This document shows positions 48,831 through 56,409 of a stretch of DNA of 64,000 nt, piece by piece; position 1 is the stretch's first letter, and each line of letters starts with the position of its first letter. Origin of the DNA: Polyangiaceae bacterium (GTDB lineage Bacteria; Myxococcota_A; Polyangia; Polyangiales; Polyangiaceae); NCBI GenBank assembly GCA_965222375.1, contig CBDCTZ010000016.1:576001-640000 (forward strand), in the 5' to 3' direction. The position numbers were made by a program, and so were the translations under genes. Under the pieces are notes generated by a model. The model made no database searches. It was not told the origin of the DNA and was given only the letters and a program-made list of their open reading frames with translations.

Positions 48831-50216
48831 ATGCAGCTTCGAAGTTCTCTAGGTGTGTTTCGGCTCAGCGTGCTGCTGGCCTTGGGCTTGCCAGCCTCCG
48901 CCTGCAGTGGCGACAGCACCGAGGATGGCAAGGTCACGCCATGCTCGAACTCAAAGCCGATGACCGGGCAGCCAGAACTCGAGCAATGCACCGAGGGCTT
49001 CGTGCATCGGCCCAGAGCCGCTCAATGCCAAAGCCAGCTACCCCGATCGGACAAATGCGATCCGACCTTGGGTGGCGGGCCAGCCGCTTGCTCCACGGAT
49101 GCCGACTGCACGGACAAGCCCCATGGTCAGTGCGGCATCGTCGGGCAGATCGTCGAATGCAGCTGCCAATACGGCTGTGTCACGGACGCCGACTGCGATG
49201 CGGGGGAAGTTTGCAACTGCGGGAACCCGGTTGGTCGATGCGCCAAGGCGACCTGCAAAACGGACGCTGACTGTAGCGGGGGCGCGCTGTGCGTGCAGAC
49301 CCGGATGTCGAAATGCAGTTGGTCCTCGGGCTTCGCTTGCCAGCGACCGAACGACGCTTGCCTGACGGACCAGGATTGCGCTCCAGGCGAGCAGTGCGCC
49401 CTGACCGACGCCGGGCGCAAGTGCTTGCAAAACGATTGCCCCGTTCCCGGGCGCCCCTTCTTGGTCGAGGAGCAAGCGCGGGTGGCGGACGTCGCGTGCC
49501 GCAGCGATTGGAGCGAGGAGTTGGCGCCCCGCTTGGTGAACGTTCCTGAAGCCGTGCGAGCCAACTTGGCCGATCATTGGACCAAGGTCGGCCAGATGGA
49601 GCACGCATCCGTAGCGGCCTTCGCACGCTTTGCTTTGCAGCTACTCGGACTTGGGGCGCCCGCCCTCCTCTTGGAAGAAGTGCAACAGGCCATGGTGGAT
49701 GAAACACGCCATGCCAAGGTGTGCTTTGGTCTGGCCTCGGCGTATTTGTGCCGCCCTGTGGGACCGGGCCCGCTCCAAGTTGACGATGCCCTCGGTCCCC
49801 AAGACGTTGCGGAAGTGGTGCGCATGACCTTCCGCGAAGGTTGCGTCGGCGAAACCTTCGCTGCTCACGAGGCGCGCCAATCGGGGCTTGCCGCGACGGA
49901 TCCCGTGGTCAAAGAACTGCTTGGCGGCATCGCGGCCGACGAAGAGCGGCACGCTCTGACGGCGTGGAAGTTCGTCAAGTGGGCGCTCGGCGAGTTTGGA
50001 GCGCCTGTGCGCGACGTGCTGCGGCAGGAGGTCGCGCGACTGGAAGCGCAGCCCGCCGCTGCATCCGAAGCCAACGACGATCTCGCGCCGCATGGCGTGT
50101 TCGGCGAGAGCACGCGCCTCTCGCTGCACGCCGAAGCACTCCGGACCGTGGTGCTACCCTGCGCCCGAGCTCTTCTGGAGGCCCCCCGACAAAACGCCCC
50201 CGGGGCGGCTGCCTGA
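48831..50216 (+). CDS. Cys-rich lipoprotein fused to a ferritin-like di-iron domain
   Basis: ASAC lipobox, CxTDADC repeats, then EHASVAAF, DETRH, EGCVGE, DEERH. Confidence 0.8.
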   Translation: MQLRSSLGVFRLSVLLALGLPASACSGDSTEDGKVTPCSNSKPMTGQPELEQCTEGFVHRPRAAQCQSQLPRSDKCDPTLGGGPAACSTDADCTDKPHGQCGIVGQIVECSCQYGCVTDADCDAGEVCNCGNPVGRCAKATCKTDADCSGGALCVQTRMSKCSWSSGFACQRPNDACLTDQDCAPGEQCALTDAGRKCLQNDCPVPGRPFLVEEQARVADVACRSDWSEELAPRLVNVPEAVRANLADHWTKVGQMEHASVAAFARFALQLLGLGAPALLLEEVQQAMVDETRHAKVCFGLASAYLCRPVGPGPLQVDDALGPQDVAEVVRMTFREGCVGETFAAHEARQSGLAATDPVVKELLGGIAADEERHALTAWKFVKWALGEFGAPVRDVLRQEVARLEAQPAAASEANDDLAPHGVFGESTRLSLHAEALRTVVLPCARALLEAPRQNAPGAAA

Positions 50217-50274
50217 TTCAACGAAACAAGCGATCCAGCGCCGTGCTTCGGAACTGCGCTAGGCTCGCAAGCGC

Positions 50275-51639
50275 GTGGACAGTTCGCAGCGCATTGGGCG
50301 CTACGCCATCTATGACGAGATCGCCGCTGGCGGGATGGCGACGGTGCACCTTGCGCGCCAGCGCGGAGAAGCTGACTTTGAGCGCACGGTCGCAGTCAAG
50401 CGGCTCCACCCGGCCCTTGCCAAAGATCCCGACGTAGCAGAAGCGTTTGCGAACGAAGCCCGGCATGTTTCGCGGGTGCAACACGCCAACGTCGTTCCGG
50501 TGCTCGATGTGGTTCGAGAGGCGGGCGAGCTCGTCTTGGTGATGGAGCTCGTGGTCGGCGCACCGCTCTCCACGCTAACCAAGCAAGCGCGGCTGCAGGG
50601 GCGCCGCACTCCGCCAAGCGTAGCCGTCGCGATCGTGGCGGACGCTCTGCGGGGCCTGCACGCGGCTCACGGCGCAGAGGACGAGCGCAGTCGGCCTTTG
50701 CTTCTGGTCCACCGCGACGTTTCTCCCCAGAACATTCTGGTCGGCGTGGATGGTGTCGCCCGAGTGCTCGACTTCGGCATCGCGAAGGCGATGGGCCAAA
50801 ACCCCACGACCCGGGGGCAGCTCAAGGGTAAGCCGAGTTACATGTCGCCGGAGCAGCTGCACGGCGATGAGGTCGACGCTCGCACGGATGTCTACGCCGC
50901 CGCTGTCGTATTGTGGGAGGTGTTGACCGGACAGCGCTTGTTTGCCGGTGACAACGACCTAGCGGTCTCCCGCAAGATCTTGAGCAAGACCGTCGATGCG
51001 CCGACTCGGCTCGACCCCAAGCTGCCCAAGGCCCTGGACGCGTTGACCCTGCGGGGCTTGGACCGCGACCCCGATCAGCGTTTCGCGACTGCCCTCGAGT
51101 TTGCCGAGGCCCTGGAGAAAGCCGTTGCTCCGGCGTCGGCCTCGGAGGTGGGCGCCTACCTGCGGGAACTGTGCGCCACGGAAGTTCTCGCCATCGAAGA
51201 GGCCAAAAGGCGGGTCGAAGCGGACGAGTCCGCCGCCACCTCCGAGCCGCCACCCTCTGGCCCAACTACATCGCGCCTTTGGTACGTAGCGCTTGCTGCC
51301 GCGGTCGTCGTAGGCGGCGTGTTCATTGGGTTGAGGCGGACGTCGCCCGATGTCCCGGCGCGCGGCAGCGCGAGTGCGGCGGTGCCGGCGTCGCGTCCTA
51401 GCGCTACTCCGCCCGTGCAGTCCGTCAAGCCACCCACTTCTAGCGGGGCTGGTGAGCACGCACCAGCGGCGCCGACAGCGTCAGTGCCAAAACCCCAGAG
51501 GTCGGTCGCGCCGCGACCCCCAGCGCGGTCCCCTCGGCCGAAAACCCCGGCGGCGCCCACCGAGAAGGCCAAGGATTGCGATCCGCCCTACGTTGTGGAC
51601 CAAGACGGTTTCCATCGGATGAAACCCCACTGCCTCTAA
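50275..51639 (+). CDS. Ser/Thr protein kinase with TM helix and CDPPY...KPHCL tail
   Basis: IAAGGMATV, VAVK, HRDVSPQN, DFG, GKPSYMSPE. Confidence 0.93.
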   Translation: MDSSQRIGRYAIYDEIAAGGMATVHLARQRGEADFERTVAVKRLHPALAKDPDVAEAFANEARHVSRVQHANVVPVLDVVREAGELVLVMELVVGAPLSTLTKQARLQGRRTPPSVAVAIVADALRGLHAAHGAEDERSRPLLLVHRDVSPQNILVGVDGVARVLDFGIAKAMGQNPTTRGQLKGKPSYMSPEQLHGDEVDARTDVYAAAVVLWEVLTGQRLFAGDNDLAVSRKILSKTVDAPTRLDPKLPKALDALTLRGLDRDPDQRFATALEFAEALEKAVAPASASEVGAYLRELCATEVLAIEEAKRRVEADESAATSEPPPSGPTTSRLWYVALAAAVVVGGVFIGLRRTSPDVPARGSASAAVPASRPSATPPVQSVKPPTSSGAGEHAPAAPTASVPKPQRSVAPRPPARSPRPKTPAAPTEKAKDCDPPYVVDQDGFHRMKPHCL

Positions 51640-51673
51640 CTCCCTTCTCGTCGTGGCACGTTTGCGCTAGCGC

Positions 51674-52516
51674 TTGCGGGTGCTGTCCCGGTCTGCACTC
51701 CTTCTTTCCCTAGCTTGCACGCTGCTGGCGACGCCCAGCCGCGCTGCGGAAGAAGAGACCTGCGTTGCCGCTTATGACGAGAGCCAACGAACCCGGCGTG
51801 CCGGCAAGCTCGTCAAGACCCGGGACACTCTGTTGGTGTGCGCCCAAGAGAGCTGTCCACCTGCGGTTACCAAGGCGTGCACTCGCTGGCTCGAGGAAGT
51901 CAACGCGAGTCTCCCCACAGTGGTGCTGGGTGCGAAAGACGGTACTGGGCGTGACGTGATTGATGTCGAGGTCTTCGATGGCACGACGGCGATCAGCGAC
52001 AAGTTGGATGGCCGCGCCGTGCCCCTGGATCCTGGTGCCCACGAGCTGCGTTTCGTCTTCCCCGGAGGCGTGGAGGTGGTGGAGCGAGTGCTGCTGCGCG
52101 AGTCTGAGAAGAACCGCGTGGTGACCGCGCAGCTGCCCGCGACCCCGAAGCCGTCGAACGAGGTGCAGGACAAACCCGCGCCGCGGGAGCCCCCCGCGCC
52201 CCAGCCCGCGCCAAGCACCGGTCCCCCCACCGCTAGCATCGTATTGGGCGCAGTTGGAGTGGCGGCTCTGGCCTCCTTTGCCTACTTCGGGATCACGGCG
52301 AAGCGAGACGCGGACGATCTCGACGAGAGTTGCGCGCCGAATTGCCCCAAGGCGGATACGGACGCGGTGAAGAACAAGGCGCTCATCGCAGACATCTCCT
52401 TGGGGGTTGGGATCGCGAGCTTGGCGGGCGCCACCTACTTCTGGGTCACGGCGCAGCCCGCGTCTGGTGGGAGTCGGGCTCGGATCACCTCCGTGGGTAT
52501 CGCTGGTCGCTTCTGA
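51674..52516 (+). CDS. Cys-containing TPR-like/PEGA-like envelope protein
   Basis: Signal peptide; CVAAYDESQ...CAQESCPPAVTKACTRWL; LDPGAH; helices flanking CAPNC; terminal AGRF. Confidence 0.8.
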   Translation: MRVLSRSALLLSLACTLLATPSRAAEEETCVAAYDESQRTRRAGKLVKTRDTLLVCAQESCPPAVTKACTRWLEEVNASLPTVVLGAKDGTGRDVIDVEVFDGTTAISDKLDGRAVPLDPGAHELRFVFPGGVEVVERVLLRESEKNRVVTAQLPATPKPSNEVQDKPAPREPPAPQPAPSTGPPTASIVLGAVGVAALASFAYFGITAKRDADDLDESCAPNCPKADTDAVKNKALIADISLGVGIASLAGATYFWVTAQPASGGSRARITSVGIAGRF

Positions 52517-52580
52517 GTGCTAGTTGGCCGCCTGGATGTCGCGGGTTCCGGTCTGATGGGAGTGCTATGGTCGGCGTTCG

Positions 52581-53909
52581 ATGCCCGCGCCGCCGGACAC
52601 CACAGCAACCCTGCAGAAAGAGCGCGTTGCCCTCGATGAACTACCGCGCTTTGTCGTGCACGTGCTCGAGGGCCCCGACCGGGGAGAGCGCCGGGTGCTG
52701 GATGCAGAACGTCCCGGGCGGATGCTCATTGGAACCAGCCCGGCGTGCGAGCTGCGGCTGACGGACCCGCACGTGTCGCGTCGCCACATTGCCTTGGAAC
52801 AGGATGGAGCCGAACTGCGGCTCACGGATCTTGGTTCCACCAACGGCACCAGGGTTGGCACCGTGCGAGTGATCGAGGCCATGTTGGGCTCCGGCGCCAG
52901 CGTGCAGTTGGGCGACACGAAACTCAGCGTGGAGCCGATGGCACCCGAAAGCGTCGACCGGCTCTCTTCCGCGACATCTTTTGGCAAGCTCGTGGGCCAG
53001 AGCGTAGCCATGCGGCGGCTGTATCCGATTTGCCAACGCCTGGCCGCAAGCAACGTTCCGATCCTACTCGAGGGCGAAACGGGAACCGGCAAAGAGGTCC
53101 TGGCGGAAGCCCTGCACGAGCAGGGCGCGCGGGCCTCGGGTCCTTTCATCGTGTTCGATTGTTCCGCGGTGACGCCGTCTCTGCTCGAGTCCCATCTGTT
53201 TGGACACGAGCGGGGTGCGTTCACCGGTGCAACGACGGTCCGCAAGGGCGTGTTCGAGTTGGCGTCGGGTGGAACGCTCTTCATCGACGAGATCGGTGAC
53301 TTGGACATCGCGCTGCAAGCGCGGCTCTTGCGTGCCATCGAGCGCGGGGAAGTGTGTCGGGTGGGTAGCGAGCGCTGGCTTTCCGTTAACGTGCGCATCG
53401 TCGCCGCGACCCGACGCGACCTGGACAAAGAAGTCCAGGCTGGGCGGTTTCGCGACGACCTGTTTTACCGCCTAGCCGTAGCGCGAGTGGAGCTGCCGCC
53501 TCTGCGGCGACGCTACGGTGACATCGGGCTACTCGCGCGCCACTTCTGGGACGAGCTTGCCGGCGCCGAGCAAGCGCTGCCCTACGAGCTCTTCGAGCGA
53601 TTCGAAGAGTACGATTGGCCAGGTAATGTTCGCGAACTCTACAACGCCGTCGCACGGCATGCGGCGCTCGGCGACCTTGCCGAGTTTGACGAGCAGCCGT
53701 CGCCGGATCCGAGCCCCGACGTCGTGGAGCAAATACTCTCCTTGGATCTGCCGCTCCCCCGCGCAAGGCAGCGGCTGCTCGCGGAGTTCGAGCGGCGTTA
53801 CGTTGCCCGCGTGCTCGAACGGCACGACGGCAATGTGGGTCAGGCCGTGGCAGCTTCCGGAATTGCGCGGCGCTACTTCAACCTGCTGCGCGCGCGGCAC
53901 CGTCAGTAG
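52581..53909 (+). CDS. FHA-domain sigma54-dependent transcriptional activator
   Basis: FHA motifs VSRRH and DLGSTNGT; GETGTGKE, GAFTGA, FIDEIG, WPGNVREL; C-terminal HTH. Confidence 0.93.
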   Translation: MPAPPDTTATLQKERVALDELPRFVVHVLEGPDRGERRVLDAERPGRMLIGTSPACELRLTDPHVSRRHIALEQDGAELRLTDLGSTNGTRVGTVRVIEAMLGSGASVQLGDTKLSVEPMAPESVDRLSSATSFGKLVGQSVAMRRLYPICQRLAASNVPILLEGETGTGKEVLAEALHEQGARASGPFIVFDCSAVTPSLLESHLFGHERGAFTGATTVRKGVFELASGGTLFIDEIGDLDIALQARLLRAIERGEVCRVGSERWLSVNVRIVAATRRDLDKEVQAGRFRDDLFYRLAVARVELPPLRRRYGDIGLLARHFWDELAGAEQALPYELFERFEEYDWPGNVRELYNAVARHAALGDLAEFDEQPSPDPSPDVVEQILSLDLPLPRARQRLLAEFERRYVARVLERHDGNVGQAVAASGIARRYFNLLRARHRQ

Positions 53910-54934
53910 CTGAGTAGCGTCGCGCTGCCGGTGGCGGGGTCCACGGCGAAGATCCGCCCATCGGATTCGAACAGGACTGTCCCACTAGCCGGGTTGGGAA
54001 AGAGATCTGGCGGCTTCTGCGGCAGCTGTTCATCGGAAAGGGAGAGGGTGACGCTGGTGCGAGATCCGCCCTTGAGCTCCACCGTCTCCAAGCTTCTTGG
54101 GTCACGGAACAAGTAGGCATGGGTGGGGTCCATGGCGAAGGCGCGGACCTTGCCCCCGGCACTGCCTTCGACCATGGGCTGGCTGGTAGCGCTGCCTCGC
54201 GGCAGCCGCCCAATCGCGGCGGTGGACTCGTCGACATACCAGACGCCGTCTGGTTGCGCTGACAGCAAGAACGGCCCCTTGGGAGTCAGATCCGTCATCT
54301 CACAGAAGACGTCGGTCACGCGAGCGACCCCTCTTCCTCCCTGTTGGTCCGTGCGGCCGACCGACATGAACGTGGCGCCGTCGATGTCGACGATGGAGTT
54401 CAGCTTGTCGGGCCAAAACGTATCCCCAGCCACCGCGGGGCAATTGCCGCCGACGGGCATTCCGGACCCTGATTTGCCGGTGACTGGGTCGATGCTGACG
54501 GTGGAGCCCTTGAAGTCGAAGCCGGTCCACAGGTGTGAGCCCCATGCGCCGCTTGCGAGCCGACTCAGGCTACGCACGTCTTTGAGAACGCCCCAGCTGC
54601 CCACGTGCTCCGTGCTGTACACGTCCTCTATTGCCCCGAACAAAATCTCGCGATCCCCTGTGTCGAGAGCGATAGAGAGAATGGCCCCTTGGATCCCCTG
54701 ACCGTGGACTCGGACTGCGACCACGAGGCGGTCTCCGTCCACAGAGCCGCCGACAATCTCGCGCTTGGGCAGCGCGTCCCACGGCACGACGATGCCGCCG
54801 CCCACTGAGCCTGGTACTGGCTCTTGCGCGCAGTCGTCGCTACAAGGCGAGTTGCCGTCAGAGAGCCGATCGATGTCTATCGATATCGAACAGCTCATGC
54901 ACAGGAGCAGGAAAGGGAAGGCAGACCCACGCAT
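53903..54934 (-). CDS. Lipoprotein, beta-propeller-like (paralog of 54937-56115)
   Basis: MSC lipobox; PGSVGGGIVV, LDTGDRE; ends DPATGSATLLSY. Confidence 0.7.
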   Translation of the reverse strand: MRGSAFPFLLLCMSCSISIDIDRLSDGNSPCSDDCAQEPVPGSVGGGIVVPWDALPKREIVGGSVDGDRLVVAVRVHGQGIQGAILSIALDTGDREILFGAIEDVYSTEHVGSWGVLKDVRSLSRLASGAWGSHLWTGFDFKGSTVSIDPVTGKSGSGMPVGGNCPAVAGDTFWPDKLNSIVDIDGATFMSVGRTDQQGGRGVARVTDVFCEMTDLTPKGPFLLSAQPDGVWYVDESTAAIGRLPRGSATSQPMVEGSAGGKVRAFAMDPTHAYLFRDPRSLETVELKGGSRTSVTLSLSDEQLPQKPPDLFPNPASGTVLFESDGRIFAVDPATGSATLLSY

Positions 54935-54936
54935 GG

Positions 54937-56115
54937 TCAGAAGCTGAGGATGTTGTTGTTGCCGCTGGCCGGATCGTAGATGACGACCGCGCCGTCGATG
55001 ACGAGCAACAACGCTGCGCGGGTTGGATGTACGAAAACCATCTGCCGTGTTTTGGGATCGCTCCTTGCTGGGCCGACCGTCTTGGCCAAGACCCGGCGGG
55101 CACCGCTCCCACGGTTGACCTCCATCAGACGAAAGGCATTGAGCAACTCGCCCCCCGCCCCGTAGACGAAGGAATCGCCGACCGTCAAATCACCGCTGCC
55201 AATCGGGTTGCTCTCGAAGGCAGGTTTGGAGGCCGCTGAGGCGGAGACCACGTTGGACTTTCCAGTGGTCGTATTGAAAGAGACCAAGCTGGAGCCGAAC
55301 TGGTCGACGAACCAGAGCTCCCCCTGGTGCCACGCGATGCTCTCCACTCCCGCGTCCAGTGGCGCTTGATCGAGGAGCTCACATTGCTCACCGGTGATGC
55401 GAACGATCCACTCCCCTTGCAGGTTCTGACCCAGAGTGTAGAAGCTGCTGTCGGCTAACACCGCTGGCCGCACCGTCGGCTGCACTTGCAAGGACGGCGG
55501 CAATACCTGTTCGCACTTCTGCCCCACCGACCGCGTCGTGCGGTTGCCGGTCGCCGGCTCGATATCCAGTACGAACCCCGAGAATCCCTTGAACGGCGGC
55601 AGGAGTAGCGCGAACAGGTTGCCAGAACTGCTGACACCCACGCCCGACAAGCCGACAAAGCCGTCGCCACCCCCCTGAGATGTCATGCCTCCGCTTGGCG
55701 AGCCCAAGGAACCGCTAATCAGTCGCCGATCGCCAGTCTCCAGGTGCACACCGACGATCCCACCTTCTCCGGTCGGATCATCTCGACGGACCGCCATGAG
55801 TAGCTCTTGCCCGTGGACGACCCCACCCACGACGTCCAGGCGCATGTTGCCAAACTCGCTGCGCCAATCGATCACCACGCCACCGCCGATTGTCCCCGGT
55901 TGCAGGGTGTCGACGGTCCGGCAGCGGTCGTCAGTGCTGACGACGGGGTCGGCGCAGTCCACCAAGGCGGGCGGGGGGAGCAAGCTGGCGTCGGCGCCGC
56001 CGTCCAGCGCACCGCCGCTGGATTGTCCGCTGTCCACAAGCACGGAACAGGCGCCAATGACGGCGGCGACGGCCACGGGAAGAGCGTGCTTCTGGAGCGA
56101 GAGGGGACGGGACAT
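54937..56115 (-). CDS. Lipoprotein, beta-propeller-like (paralog of 53903-54934)
   Basis: IGAC lipobox; PGTIGGGVVI, LETGDRR; ends DPASGNNNILSF. Confidence 0.7.
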   Translation of the reverse strand: MSRPLSLQKHALPVAVAAVIGACSVLVDSGQSSGGALDGGADASLLPPPALVDCADPVVSTDDRCRTVDTLQPGTIGGGVVIDWRSEFGNMRLDVVGGVVHGQELLMAVRRDDPTGEGGIVGVHLETGDRRLISGSLGSPSGGMTSQGGGDGFVGLSGVGVSSSGNLFALLLPPFKGFSGFVLDIEPATGNRTTRSVGQKCEQVLPPSLQVQPTVRPAVLADSSFYTLGQNLQGEWIVRITGEQCELLDQAPLDAGVESIAWHQGELWFVDQFGSSLVSFNTTTGKSNVVSASAASKPAFESNPIGSGDLTVGDSFVYGAGGELLNAFRLMEVNRGSGARRVLAKTVGPARSDPKTRQMVFVHPTRAALLLVIDGAVVIYDPASGNNNILSF

Positions 56116-56232
56116 TCGGGTCTCGCGGGCGAGCGGCCGCAGAGTGTGCCGCCGAAGGCTGGCTTGGTCCAGCCAAGAGCATTCTTCGTGCCGAAGGTAG
56201 TTTGGGCCTTTCGCGGCACCGGACGAGTCGGT

Positions 56233-56289
56233 GGGATCTGCGAGATCCCGACGGCCCCTGATCGCCAGCGTGGGGATCTACCGGATCCC
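56233..56289. promoter_or_regulatory. Twin 7-3-7 palindromes (candidate enhancer/UAS)
   Basis: GGGATCT-GCG-AGATCCC at 56233-56249 and GGGATCT-ACC-GGATCCC at 56273-56289, 40 bp apart. Confidence 0.65.
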
Positions 56290-56329
56290 GAAGTCGGCGA
56301 CGCTCCTGCGTTTTCATCGACGTCGCCCG

Positions 56330-56345
56330 CGGCACGGGGATTGCT
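56330..56345 (+). promoter_or_regulatory. Sigma54 -24/-12 promoter
   Basis: CGGCACGGGGATTGCT is close to the TGGCACG-N4-TTGC consensus; about 65 nt before the ATG at 56410. Confidence 0.7.
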
Positions 56346-56409
56346 CAAGGCGCTCCCGCTAACGCAACGCGCAAACCCGCGTGTTGCATTCACTGTTCAG
56401 GAGCTCGTG

